Positions 24,061 to 38,910 of a stretch of 64,000 nt of DNA are shown here, in pieces. The stretch comes from Tubiluchus corallicola (Eukaryota > Animalia > Priapulida): assembly GCA_030141605.1 (NCBI GenBank), contig JAQGDQ010000093.1:434001-498000 (forward strand), in the 5' to 3' direction. The notes under the pieces were generated by a model, which was given only the letters and a program-made list of their open reading frames with translations, did not search any database and was not told the DNA's origin. Made by a program: the position numbers and the translations under genes. Position 1 is the stretch's first letter. Every line of letters begins with the position of its first letter.

Positions 24061-25388
24061 CACAAGTTAAGTGTGTATTTAGTTATTGTTTTGTTCTATT
24101 TTTGTGCACTGTTAGCATGTTCACTTGTTGAAAAACCCTACATAAGTTACTTTCGATTTTCTGCACTAAATGCTTGAATGCGACAAACTCTTAATTTTCT
24201 GGTTCTGGGCTTCTGGTGGCATTTTTGGACTAACGTTGTTTTCCACGACCGAGAAAACTACAGTACAAAAATACATTGCAAGCTTGTTCAAAGACCGTTT
24301 TCGCCAGATATTTTTGGGGACGCCCATGGACAGTAGTTCAGAAGTTTTGCTGCTCTGGAAAAAACTGGTAGAAGACGTGGTGCTATATCTGTGTTTGAAA
24401 ATTTGGCGTGATATACAAAAAGAAAGTGAACAATGAGATACAGACGTGTTTTCTTTTTTTGTGTTTCCATTGGATTATTTTTCACCAGACTAAATGGACC
24501 TTCCCATGACTTTGGATCTGTTTTTGCTTTCTTACGTTTCAGTTGCAACACCTTATCTCGTGTGGCTGCTATCCTTATTTTCAGCAGTCATTGATGATGA
24601 TGATTTTATCGCTTGTTTTCGTTCATTTTGCCTTAGAATGGCTACTAATCATATGAATCAGTTTGCGTAATCTAATCTTGTGCCTAATAATTTAAAGGAA
24701 CCACAAACACAACAGAAAGATTCCTTGGGAGTTGTAGAAGACACTAATGGTGATGTATAATTTTGCGAGTTTATAACTATTGTTGCGTGTTCGCTTTGCA
24801 AACTACATTCACCTAAACAGCAATCCACTTTTAATGTGTCGTTGGCTTCCTGCAAGCGCATGTTGTGAAACCCACGCTTTTAGCCTTTATCATCGGTAAG
24901 TCACAAGCAACTGAGTCAGCGCCATTACCTAATGATAATGGCGGAGCAAGGCATCAAGTAGTAACGTACTAACGTTGCAGTTGTGTGGCGGGCAGAGCAT
25001 GCTTGCGATCACGCGTCAATACTTCACGAGTTCATTGGCTTATTTGGCGCTTAGTTAGCCAGTTTTGTATGCTGGTCGCACTCTAGATTATTACAGTGGA
25101 AAGGTTATAGTTTGTGCGAAGTTGGCTTATTATACCGGTGTTTAAAATTGTTTTTCTGCCTTTATGCTTCGAATTCCTAATCGAGTTGAAGCTCAACCAT
25201 TCCACGTAGTTAATGCGCATGCTCGACGTAATGCTGGCAGAGTGCCAGTTGTCCACGCACGTGCTCAATGCGTGAGTTATGCAATATTGTCGCAGCAGTC
25301 TTCTTCGTGGAATTTTTGGTGGAATTTCATGCTTCGTCGGCACGGTAACAGTCACACATGTATCATGTAAGACTAGTTTATTATAATT

Positions 25389-25409
25389 ATGCAGTGGCTG
25401 CCGGCTAGT
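25389..25409 (+). CDS. PFKFB: Candidate PFKFB alternative first exon C (MQWLPAS), phase 0
   Basis: ATG then agt|gtaagt donor in unique CpG-richer DNA. In frame only with the upstream acceptor at 28442. Confidence 0.25.
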
Positions 25410-26473
25410 GTAAGTGTAACTCTTTAATCGACGTGTTGTTTCTTCGTGTATTGCTGTAGCTTTTGTTTTAGTATACAATAACAGAGGGAATCGGTTACTG
25501 GTAATCGAACTTTACGTACATAGTGGAGCGCTGACAATTGCTTAGTTCTGTATAGGGCTTACATTTTTGATATTTAAATCAGATTGCTACGGACGGTGAT
25601 TTACGGCAAGGCTTAATCCACATTTATTTGACTTGAAAAAGAAGATTATTGACTGGTGCTTTAGTCGTAATTTAGAAGTTTTCTGAATACTGATTAATTA
25701 TCAGTACATCGTGTTGTGATGGTGGTTAACTATGAAATGTACTATCGACTTTCACGAAATGGAAAATTTAGCAGTTGGCACTCTGCCAGATCAGTAAGTG
25801 CATTGGCTGCTGTTGGCGTGTTGCCAATCGTTGTCTGACGTGCATTTATCACTGTGGCAGGGTAGCAATAATTATTGGACTTCGCCATTTGAAACGTGTG
25901 TTAATCTTGGCAAGTTTACAATTTTGTAGCATTCATCATAGCGTGGTTTATGACGTCTATTTGTTCAGTTTTGGCGCGAAATGCTTGGGATAGGCTTGTC
26001 AGTCAATGATAAAACGTAATTGATTTTATATGAGTCTGATCGTGACAGCAGACTGGTTAGTGAACATCAAACCGCCTCGTGTTTCCCGTTTCAAGGATAT
26101 AACAGCTTTTTCTTGTTGTTAAAGCAACTCGAATCTCAATTAGAATTCGTTTTCTGTAATACTGTGTGTGCCATATGTGTTTAACAGTCGCGATAGATGC
26201 TGAAATTCCTGAACGGACATCCTGGAATTTTGCCAAAACTGCTAAACGTCGTGATTTTGTTTGATTGTGTTAATTTATAATTATACGAAGATTCTAATAT
26301 TTGAACTAAGATATTAATAGTCTAGTCACTCTTGTACGTTGAACTCTATTTGTTTTACGTCTGGTTTACCTCGAGAAACCGAAGTCTGATCAACTCGACC
26401 TCATAAATTTGTCTAGACTGTGTTGCCCAAGGAGCTCATTGTCTTGTTGGTTAGAATTCATAATTATTGAGAT

Positions 26474-26612
26474 ATGACAACAATGTTGGGCAAACTTGTA
26501 GCCACCTATGTGTGCGCAGCAGATTCGACGGAAATTGTTCATCATCATCATCATCATCTGGAAACGCCTTCTAGTGGGACATTTGTCAGGGTACACCGCG
26601 ACTCTTTCTGCC
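26474..26612 (+). CDS. PFKFB: Candidate PFKFB alternative first exon D (MTTMLGK...HHHHHH...RVHRDSFC)
   Basis: ORF from ATG, weak c|gtaggt donor giving phase 1, compatible with 28455. Confidence 0.3.
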
Positions 26613-27239
26613 GTAGGTATCCAAAAGTGTATTTAAGCGTGATATATGTGAATTATAATGGTGTGACACACATTAGTTTAGTTCAGTAGTAACGGTAACA
26701 GCAGTAGATATTATAGCTAAAATAATGTTAAGTGAGTGTTTTAAGCCATGTATCCAGCCAGAGTGACCGGGTGACCACATATCCACATAAAAACTAGTAC
26801 CTAGGAATTATTGCTGTATATGTGTTTATTATAAGCTTTTGTAGATTAGTTACATTGGAACAAAACTGTCAAACAGCTTTTGTATGTTTTGCACCAAAAC
26901 AGCTTGTGGTGCCTTACCAAATCTAGCATTTAATATTATTGCAATAACTAATACTGTAATTAGACTAATATTAAGTAATTGTTGAGTAGGCTAGCTTTTT
27001 CATGTACTTGAAGTTGTTAAATTTAATTAAGTGTGGTGTAAACAGTTACGTTTCTGTAAAATGAAACTAGGTCCTAGCCAGAAGCAGTAACATATGACAA
27101 TCAGTAGGGTACAATCACTTTAGCGTATGCATTGTGAACAGCAACAGAACAATTGTAGTCACGGTGATACGGTGTTTCACTAAGATGTTTCATACAAGCT
27201 TTAGTTAGGTTAAGATTTCAAAAGACTGATTCATTCAAG

Positions 27240-27790
27240 TACGCGGCCACGACCCAGATTTGCTCTGTAAAGTATTTCACTATATGGCACCACTTCAACT
27301 GTAACAGATCTCGTCCTATGTGGTTAGGTTTTTGAAATAACTCTAGCTTTTTGAAATATATCTTATCTGTGTAGCACTGCCGTCTGTTTGCAATTTATTG
27401 TCATAGCATAAAACAATGTTACAAATGTTATGGCACTCGTCTCTCTGATTTGTTAGAGACATTTCAAAAATAATTAACCAACTATGTACTCGTTATAATT
27501 TTTCCTGATCTTCAACATTTGTTTACCCAGAAACGAACTAGGTCGTGAATATTTTTGTAAAAAAGTTGTTCTTATCCATTCAAAACATCTAATGACATGA
27601 TCCACACTTTATTGCCTTGCTTGTGTATGCTCGTAGATATAGCACTCGCCACTATCTAACATATGCCTTACCTAAATCCAGAAGAGAGAGATTCAAGAAT
27701 AATTTTATTTCATATAGTTTATTTAATTTTCTCATTTTATTTATTTCATGTGTATTGCAACAGTGCCAATATTGCTTGTTGCTGCGTGTT
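27240..27790 (+). mobile_element. Decayed LINE 3' end (CR1/L2 group)
   Basis: RYSTRHYLTYALPKSRRERFKNNFISY matches the YxTR...LPxxRTxRFKNSFI type of ORF2 C-terminus. Limits approximate. Confidence 0.5.
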
Positions 27791-27811
27791 CTGCCTTGCT
27801 TGTTTCTTTAA

Positions 27812-28306
27812 AACGAAAATCGAACAATTGTGTAAATATTATTTCAGAATAAAGAATGCTCAAAAATATTGAAAACGACGATAGTATTTTTTAAATCAAA
27901 GCTTAGGTTAAATAATAATTACCTCGGATACTCGAATTTTGTTAAACTTTCAAAGATACTTGGTGAATCTACCAGGATTGGCATTGGCACCTTTTGTCAC
28001 ATTCGCATGGCCAACAAATAGTTAGTTTCTGACTGTATATGACGTAGAGTCCATTTTCGTGACGTCACGCCTTTAAGCAGTACCGTAACACTTACGCAAA
28101 CGTGCTCGATGCGCAAGGGAAGATTCCCCCCATTGCACAAACTGCACTTTGTTTCTGACGTAAGCAATAGCTGTGTTCAGTTGCCGTTAATTAACTTTCT
28201 AAGCTAATTATTCAAATGTAAGAAACAGGTGATAGGCAAGAAACAGTATATATTTTGGACAGTAAATTAAAATGAGATTGAGTCTAAACAATCATCTGGT
28301 ATTCCT
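27812..28306 (-). mobile_element. TTAA-flanked Kolobok-like family H (uninterrupted copy)
   Basis: Reverse complement of 61600-61848 plus 63057-63354. TTAA at both ends. Confidence 0.8.
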
Positions 28307-28423
28307 TTAAATTTTTATACTTTGTTATTTTGTACTGTGCGGTAATTCAAATTTTTGTTGTATTGATATTAAAACTTATATATATATATACGTATTATGA
28401 TCAATGTAGATGTAGGATTTTGA

Positions 28424-28600
<177 letters not shown>

Positions 28601-29809
28601 TAATTTGAGCTTTTCCTGAATTGTTAAAATCTTGTTATATGGTAACTGTTACAGACTGAATTATGCTTGATTGCTCATTTTATGCGTGACAGTCAGAATT
28701 TGTTCATTCTAAAAATAGATGATTTTTGTCCTATCTTCGACGACCACAGCAGTATCATCACCTAGTAACCAATAGAAAATGACAGCCGATGTGAATGGCC
28801 AAGTGGTGACATGCATGCGCATAGCGACAGAAGTTAAACCATACTAAAGCTGTGCACAGTCCAGCTGGTTTCGTTTGCTGTCCCGATTCTGCATGTTTTA
28901 TCATGTTGTGGGAAGATATATACATGCAAATGTGGCTAAGTCGTTTCTGTCTCGTTTTAGTGGTATTGTTGTCAATGACTTTAATAAGCTAGGTTCCCAG
29001 CACGCCACAGACATCATTGTCGAGTAGGCCGTGGCATCGGAGCTGGCCTGCAGTGTACTGACTTGTGTAAAAGACCTAATAAAAAATTTCATTATTTCAT
29101 TTCAACACTAACAGCGTCCATGAAAATCTGATTGTTAGCAGTTGGATTAAAAAAGAGAATTTTTTAACATTGTTCAGATCTTGCTGTTTTGCTTTGGGGT
29201 ATATTTATTTTCTTGTACGATTTTATTATCGTTACTGCTGATGTCGTCATCATCGTTATCTTCATCATAATACTTCACTTATATCCTTAATCATAGAACT
29301 TATTTCCTTAGTCCACAATGCAAAGTGAGGAAGCACATCCCTCCATGCCATCCAGGTGTCTAGGCCTTTTGTGCGCAGATACGGAAAAGCGACTTTCCAT
29401 ACCTGTAACACGTCAGTCGAGCATCTTACCGGTTTTATAATATATCACTCATGAAACTGTCAGAATATATACTACAATTCGGGATGAGTGGTCAGTCTTT
29501 TCTCTTTTCGAATTTAGAATAAGAACCCAAATTTAAAGGAGGGTAAAAAACGGTTATCTGTAATATTAACCGATTAAATATGTTGACATAAGCCTATCAA
29601 GAATTAAGTTGGGTTTCTAATTTTGGATAAAGTTAACGTTGACCGTATGGTTATGCCTTCTTCTGTTACAAAATGATTCTTTCGTTGTTAAAAATTTTTG
29701 CACTAATATCAAAAACTTAGTACGTCTCATCAGCTGCTATACCCAGAAACCTGTGTATTATTTTGCCTTAAAAGATTTATGTAATGCAAGTATTTCTACT
29801 TATTTGTAG

Positions 29810-29909
29810 AATTTAATGTCGGGGAGTACCGAAGGCGAATGTTTCAATTCCGTTATGACGGGCACGACTTTTTTGACCCCAAAAACAAGGAAGCTACCAA
29901 AGTGAGAGA
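29810..29909 (+). CDS. PFKFB: PFKFB exon
   Basis: EFNVGEYRRRMFQFRYDGHDFFDPKNKEATKVR, tag/gtaagt, phase 1/2. Confidence 0.95.
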
Positions 29910-30010
29910 GTAAGTATAGCGTTGAATAACAGCTGTTCTTGTAAAGGTCATAGGAAGGTCAGTGCTCCTTATTTAGAGATAAGTTAGCTATTTGAAAACA
30001 GATCGTGATA

Positions 30011-30701
30011 CAGTAAGTCCTCGCTTACCGACGCTAATGCGTTCCAACAAAATGCGACGTTAAGTGAAACAACGCTAAACAAAACCAAAACTTCCATAGA
30101 AAGTAATGTAAAAGAATTGAGATACATTCTAGAGACAAAAATCAATGCTGCTTTAAACATATAAGTTAACGATTCTATGAGTTTTATTCGTATTTCTGCT
30201 GATTAACGTCTTCCTGTTTGCCAGAAACCACCATAGCTACACGTGTTTCTCTTTTGTTAACGTTTAAGCCTTGTCAGCCGTTGAACAATAAACACTGCAG
30301 AATCAAAATCAAGCCATGGGGCGACCTCGAGAATTTTACCTACATAGTTATATATAATCAGGTTGCTACAGCAACAGGTTGCAGCCAAAATTGCTCGTTG
30401 TTCATTTGATTGTTGATACAAGCCGCTTGTAATACAGTAGTAGCGTCAGTAGTCGGTCACGGAGGATGTATAATAATTACACTGTTTACATAACTAGTGC
30501 GTTTTAGAACAGAATAACGCAATAGATGCTGTTTTAATGCATCAAATTAGCTAAATATTTTGTCAATCTAATAAAAATTTGCTGTGAGCAAAGTAAAAAA
30601 AATCGTTGTCAAAGCGAAACGTGCGTCTTTAAGTGAAAAAAGGTGTCAGATGATCGGCATCGTTAAAACAAAACCGTTAAACGGGGAGTCAGAACTTACT
30701 G
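30011..30701. mobile_element. Tc1/mariner-pogo-like MITE
   Basis: ta|cagtaagt ... acttactg termini with inverted subterminal aaacaacg/cgtt repeats. Confidence 0.7.
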
Positions 30702-30743
30702 TTTTGTGTTTTTCATGGAATTATACAGACTTTTTACGTTTAG

Positions 30744-30942
30744 TGAGATTGCCATGGCAGCACTAGAGGACACTTGCAACTGGTTGGAAAATGGCGGAGA
30801 GGTGGCGATATACGACGCGACAAACACGACGCGAGAGCGACGACAGATGCTTCATGATCTGGTGACCAAGAAGTTTAACTTCAAAATGTTGTTTGTTGAA
30901 AGCATCTGTAGCGATCCGCAGGTTATTGAGCAAAATATAAAG
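30744..30942 (+). CDS. PFKFB: PFKFB exon
   Basis: EIAMAALED...VAIYDATNTTRERR...FVESICSDPQVIEQNIK, phase 2/0. Confidence 0.95.
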
Positions 30943-31342
30943 GTTAGAAAAAATGGTTTTTGTGGCCTTGACCATGTCAGTTAGCTGTCGTAGTCTAAAT
31001 TTGGTGACCTTAGCGTGCTTTTCCGTTAGGCGACTTAGTTTTTAAGGCGAGTTCTAGATCACATTAATTTTAATGATTTTCTAATTAAGTGTAATTTGAG
31101 CTTGTGTTCAAAAAGTGATATTGATAGTGACCGTGAACCAAAATTTTGTCATATTTTATGTGACGTTTTATTTCCTTGGAAAGCGCATCAGGTTTGTCAC
31201 AAGGAACTAGTTGGCAGTAGTATTTTGATGTTACTTATTTTAAGACTATTTTAAATAATAGCCGAATGTTGTTACCTACTGCAAACAGGTAAACTGTAGC
31301 AAACATGCAAACAGGTAGTTTATGCACGTCTTTTTTCAACAG

Positions 31343-31526
31343 GAAGTGAAGATAAATAGTCCCGACTACAAGAAAATGGATCAAGATAAAGCCGTGCAGG
31401 ATTTCCTGGAACGGATCGATCACTATGCGCAAGCGTATCAACCAATTGATGACGAAAAGGACAAACATTTTTCCTATATAAAACTATTCAATGTGGGAGA
31501 GCGATTTCTAGTCAACAGAATAACAG
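31343..31526 (+). CDS. PFKFB: PFKFB exon
   Basis: EVKINSPDY...DFLERIDHY...SYIKLFNVGERFLVNRIT, phase 0/1. Confidence 0.95.
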
Positions 31527-31872
31527 GTAGGTTAGTAGGTTAACTGTTTCACAGATTCTGCTTAACTATTTCTAACGATTTACCCAAGGTACAAGGTTTC
31601 CCCCGTGCTTTTGAACAGGAAAAACCAATCCTGTTCCAATCCTGATTGTTTTCAACATTTCAATTAACTATTTCTGGTTGTGATTCTGTTACAACACCTT
31701 GTTGTTGCTGTAAAAATGACGACAAAGTATCTAAACGGCATTAAACCATGGCCAGCTGCACAAAGGATTGTTATCATGTTCACTGCCATTATGATATTAT
31801 GAGTAATTGGTGTTCAGTTCTATTGGCTAAAGCATTATGGAAAAGTAGAAACGAGAACTAATGTATGAGAGC

Positions 31873-32711
<839 letters not shown>

Positions 32712-32802
32712 TAGCAGGCTGGAGAGTAGGGTGCTCAGGTATAAAGAGCACGAAAAGTAAAAGAATTCAAGCATAAAAAGAAAAACGTAAGTGCGCTGTA
32801 AT

Positions 32803-33154
32803 TAGAGGTGAGCATCTAACCCTCGAGTTCGAATGTTCAAATTGAAATCAAACAATTTTTTTAGTTCCAATTTGATTCGGACTTAAAATTATAAATTAGA
32901 ATAATTGAGCATGTAAACCACAGACATTCTTTATCATTGAAACGTTTGGAACATCATACAATTAACACAGTTGAATTGTGGTTTCTGTGCACAATTTTTA
33001 AATAAATTATTAGTGATTTTACTACAGAACACAATCGAATAATATGCATAGTATCTGTAAGATCGCTTTTTGCTTTTGGTTTGAAAATTTTTCCAACAGA
33101 GTTCGAATTTGATTTGATTCGAATTCGTTTTCTGGTAGAGAATGCTCAGCCCTA
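32803..33154 (+). mobile_element. hAT-like MITE
   Basis: tagaggtgagcat...atgctcagcccta termini, 8-bp TSD gctgtaat/gctgtgat. Confidence 0.8.
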
Positions 33155-33978
33155 GCTGTGATACAAATTCAATATGCAACATAATAGTTTCAGTTCAGAA
33201 TTAATTTACATGGTGACTTTTAAAGCTAATGTGGGTTCGCTAGTAAAGGTAAGCTTTTATAGGCCTAGACGATACAGCAGAATTTTGTTTAATAGGTCCA
33301 CAGATAATGTATCAAACCACGGTCACTATTCACTATTCGACGGACCAGAAGTGTATAATGTGTTGTTTATTAAATCCAAACTTCACTTTACAACTTCGCT
33401 TCATTTTTGTTGTGAAAACAAAACAATGAAGCAAGACCATGCAGCTGTCCCTATTTTTAACTTGAGCTGGATCATTTGTTCTAAGGACATTTTACACCTC
33501 TACATTTTTTCCACTTAGTTTTTTGTCCTTAGCAGTATGATTCACACGTTACAATGCAGAAGCACCAATCAAGCATAAGATGAGAGATTTAGTTAGGTTA
33601 AATTAACGTGCTAATTCTTGCTGATAAACCGTCGTACGCGAGACTGTCGATGTCTCAAATATTGTCATTACCATATGCCCATTAATATATTGTAGCCATT
33701 GGGCAGACAGAACTGTAAAATTAAAGTTGGATTTTTCATTTTTAACTTGGTAAACAAAACAGAGTATCAAACATAAAGGCTAATGGCATCATAGATAACA
33801 ATTCATTCTTTATGCGAGATACTTTGAATATACAGACACAATATATTATTGCATTATACTTAAAAAAAACTTTTTGCAAGCCGTTTACCAAGTGTTATAA
33901 GAATTGGCTTCATAAACAACATTAAGCATTGTAATTTCATAGAGAATTCTGCTTAACAGTCTCTTCGGTTTATAAATT

Positions 33979-34537
33979 ACGTGCGAGTGCATCGCAAAAT
34001 CGTCCATAAGTCGGCAATTAACCTTTTCTAGTTATTCACATATCCCGAATCTCCATTTCATGAGGATTGTTTTGATACCAAACTCATCGCTCTATGTTAT
34101 TTCTAAGCTGAGATAATCCACGTTGAAGTTGAGGTGCAGGCTGCATGCTGAAAAACATAATCTTGAGAAAATTGCTTTTAAAGTTAGCCATTGTTTTTTG
34201 TTGCATTTTTACAAAACGCTTAGTAACCTCACAAATGTTGGTTGCTACAGACTTTACAAAAACACATTGAAGTTATGTTGAAATTCAGTAGATGGGCTTG
34301 GCAACAAAAAAAACCTGAAGCAAAATGGCTGTTTCCACGCGCTACAATCAGAGTTTGGAAATTAATTTTTTAGTGTTTTTTGAACACTTTCTTAATAATA
34401 TGATGCTAGAATATAAAAGTCCAATATATTTATCGAAACGCAAATACGAAAAATAGACATTATTGGGTCATTCTACTTGGAAGCATCATAACGTAGTTTT
34501 AACTATATCGACTTATTTTGGTTTGTAAGCACACATA
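33979..34537 (+). mobile_element. MITE family A copy
   Basis: Similar to 1897-2540 and 57161-57807. Confidence 0.8.
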
Positions 34538-35012
34538 TACATCTACTTAATAAATCCATGTACCTTCGCACCAAGGTGGATTTATTAAAGCAACACAATT
34601 TTTAATATACTCCCTTTTGAAGTGTGGTAAAATGTATACATATTGACACCTATAATAATGCCAAAGTGTTTCTGATAATTAAATAATTGGTTAAAATCTT
34701 AATTAACAGCAGGCTAGCCCAGCTAGTAATGACATCACAAACTAACATAATTTTCAACAGCAGAAATATTCCACGAGCGTGTAACATGTGTTTGCGAAAA
34801 CGAAAATTGAAGTACAGTCCTGCTGTAAGGTTTTCAGTGTATTGTGCTAAAACTAGCAAGTTTTAAGATAAAAATTCAAATTTCAAATTTACTGCTGTGC
34901 TCGCGCATGAGCTGTTGAACGTGTGTAGTTTGTCACAAACTAACACATCTGAACTGAGAGCTATTAAGTTTTTCGCTAATGTTATCATAATCGAGTTCTT
35001 TTCTGTTTGCAG

Positions 35013-35159
35013 TATGCTCGTGCCCTTGGGAGGTTTGTGGAGGAACACAAGATACCTGGTCTCCAGGTTTGGACCAGCCACATGAAGAGGACCATCCAGT
35101 CAGCGACTCACATCATGGCACCTCGTGAAGAGTGGAAGGCTTTGAATGAAATTGACGCG
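35013..35159 (+). CDS. PFKFB: PFKFB exon
   Basis: YARALGRFVEE...VWTSHMKRTIQSA...WKALNEIDA, phase 0/0. Confidence 0.95.
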
Positions 35160-35946
35160 GTGAGGCTTCATGTATTCATCTTCATGCTTAATGATGTGGC
35201 TTAATGTATAAAGCACCAAACGTTCTTTTAAGCCAAAATGTTTCTGTTGGATCACAGTATTGCCTGACTTATAATAATTTTATTTCATGGGTCTACGTTT
35301 CTATTGAGTGCCCTCTAGTTGTAATTATAGTGACTTCCGTCTTTCTGTGAAGACTAATTAATACTCGTAAATTGTCGTGAAGCTCACGATTCTATCAATT
35401 CGTTTAATTGATTATTAGTATATTGTAATTAGTAATAATTATCAATAGCATCGTCTTTGTACATGCATTTATACATTGAATGTTAATCTGATATTAACAC
35501 AATCTTTTGATAAGACATCAAATTAAAATCTCATACAAAAAACTCAATAAATTTCAGCGATAAAACTGGTTTATTTCTCTGTGTACAGTTTAAACTTGCA
35601 TCATTGTACAGAACGTTGGATTAGTATGCATACCATTTACCTTTAATCAATTGCTGTTTTCTGTTCACTACCTGTATAGAAAATTTTACCTGGCAGTTTT
35701 CTTTCAGAGGTTCACATAGAACAGTGGTTGTATTATTTCTGATTTGTTAAAATAAAAATATATGTGATATGAGCAATTTACTGGCATCCTGTCTTGTTTA
35801 TGGTGCAGTCTTATTCCAAAGAAGCAGTCTACCAGCACAAACCTTTAGAGATTCTTCATATAAATTCCAGATAAAATGAAATATTAAAGTTCAGAATTTC
35901 ACTTTGTTGTAGATTTGCTTGTGATGCACAAATTGCTATCGTTTAA

Positions 35947-36258
<312 letters not shown>

Positions 36259-36932
36259 TAAACGTGTTTGGCTCCACGATTTTCTTTCCTTGTGATGTAC
36301 AGTAAAATACATTCTGCTTTTGTTAATAAGCCTTTTCACAGTTCCAGTGACTGATGATGATCGTGAAAACGTCAAAGGCATTTGTGTACACTTGACAACG
36401 CTTTGCAGCCCATGCTATTGTAATAGTAACAGTTTTAACAGCTAGCTAGAACTTTACCTAGTTCATTTTTCTTCTCAAGCAAGATCCTGTTAGTTAACCA
36501 CTCTATGCACATAATTAAGTAAAGTGCACTTAAAACAACTGAAGTTGCTGAATTGATGCAACAGACATCTTTGCCTCACCCAAATGTTCCCCGACGAGTG
36601 TTGTTAAGGCACGTTGCTGTAGTACAGTTAACCTTTGACCTACAGCAACTGCACATGCGCATAACGAAACTGTGAAAAGGTTTATTTGATGTGGCATCTT
36701 TAAGCAAAGAATAATTAGCCTTGTTTGTCTGACTACCTCATAACAGCGCTTTTATGGAGCCGGAAAGGCAAGTTTCTTTAGTTCTGTTGCTTAGTTACAG
36801 TGATTGTTTGCAAAGTGTGTTATGCCTTCATGCTATCTGCTTGTTAAACTTTGCTTTCGTTTTAGTTCATGTTAACTAATGGCCCCATACAGCCCTGCTG
36901 TTATTGGCTAGAGTAGAAGAATATAATATTGA

Positions 36933-37124
<192 letters not shown>

Positions 37125-37472
37125 TAAGTCTGTAATACCAAATGGGGCTTTCTATGTGGTATGACGAAAAAGTGTTACAATTATAAAAAGGGTTTTTGAA
37201 TTAGAATTTCTTCTAGTTTTCTCTAAAACTGCCCACGTTCCATGTCTACAGTGTGCAGTCTTGTTTGGATATAGAAGTAGTAACGCTGCTATTAAACTTA
37301 TAATTACAGTTGCATTAAGATGTAGTGTAATCTTACAGAAAATTTATAACTACAGTCAAACTTCTATACCGCCTACCAAAATACTGGGCTTGTGGATAGC
37401 ATATTCGTTCATTCGGCACACTGCTTTCTAGTGCTTTGCTTTTCATGCATTTGGTGTTTGACAATTGCACAG

Positions 37473-37526
37473 ATGTTTTCCAATTTCAAGGCTTCCATGG
37501 AGAAGCAGCCCTTTGGGAATAAGTAA
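37473..37526 (+). CDS. PFKFB: Candidate alternative terminal exon of PFKFB (MFSNFKASMEKQPFGNK*)
   Basis: gcacag acceptor, phase 0, TAA overlapping AATAAA (37526-37531). Confidence 0.3.
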   Translation: MFSNFKASMEKQPFGNK

Positions 37527-37683
37527 ATAAAAGCTACATCTTTTACTGCGATTTTATCATGTGCCTTGTTTGTATAAGAAAGGTTTGAGCAGTTCAAATT
37601 ATTTAGGTTTATTTTTTATGCAAGTGATTTATTTGACGAGCTTGTTTCATTAAGAAAAGAGCTTAATAACGTTGCTGTTGCAG

Positions 37684-37746
37684 ATTTTGGATCGAACGAG
37701 AAGTGAAGAGGAAGCACTGGCAACGGTTCCGGCACATCCGTTATAG
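37684..37746 (+). CDS. PFKFB: PFKFB terminal coding exon
   Basis: ILDRTRSEEEALATVPAHPL*, like the EEALxTVPAH end of vertebrate PFKFB1/PFKFB4. Confidence 0.92.
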   Translation: MLDRTRSEEEALATVPAHPL

Positions 37747-38910
37747 TTGCCGCTAAAAGTTATACTTCAGATGTATAGTTCGGAGATTTATACATGTAAT
37801 GATGATTTCACAACTCTTATTTAACTCTTTCATTACGAAAGACATGCTGCCTATGTGTTTCATGTAAAGGGCGGAAAGCAGTAGCCCGAGGTCAGCACTA
37901 AGCGCAGTTACCCAGGTCTGGTTATTTCACTGGCATGGCCAAGCAAAAACGTAGAAAAGTTTAACAGCTGTGGGATTGGGGTTGCTTCGCAACAAGTAAC
38001 GCTAACCAGCCAATCAGCGTTTGAAACCAGGTGCATTTCAGAATACTGTACTGTATGGTATGTCCCCATGCAAAATTGCTTATTGATAGTTGATGAAACG
38101 TACTGCATTTTTGTAAAATGATTGCATATTATGATTAGTATTGTGTCCTTTGTGAAAACTGATTTCCAAATATAAGTACATGCTTATTTATGAGGGTGTG
38201 CACGTGTGTGTGTGCATGAGTGCATGCATGTGTGCGCAGATGTGTGTGCATGTATCTAAATAAAACTAATATTCAATATTAGTGCTTAATAACAAATGGC
38301 TTTTTGTTTATTTACAAGATTCTGTTTTAGTAACACACGAGAAGAAGTTATTGTCAAATGTACAAAACCCAATGTGGTCCAGTTAAAAAGCAACTACGTA
38401 ATGAAAGGGTTAAAGAAGGCCAAGTGGCTATATATATTGCTTCTTTGCATGTGTAAAATATTCTCATAAGTTCTTGTATTTCGCTTAACTTATAGTGATA
38501 GTGATTGTTCGTTTGCTTGGAAATATAAATAAAGTGGAGTTGAGTTGTTAGTAAATGTGGGATTTAGTTGCTTATGCCTCCACCAGGTGAAAAAAAGAAC
38601 AACTAGATTCTGTTAAAAAAGTGATCAAGACAATTATTATTTTTTGTTTAATGCAGTATTGATTATTAGTGCTCAAACATAGTTTATTTTTAGAGCTTTT
38701 GTAAGTTTATTATGTAAATAATGGTCTATTGTGCTAAGTATTTGTAAATAACAGAATAAATATATAAATTAATGCTTAGCACAGACCCTGACAATACTGG
38801 TCGTTGTTGTTTTTGCACTAGCGTTATAGTTCTGAATATATATTATTTTCCGTTAAATGTAAAAACAGATTTTTGCACAAAGTGCTTGCGCTTTCTTATA
38901 TCAAGTTGTA

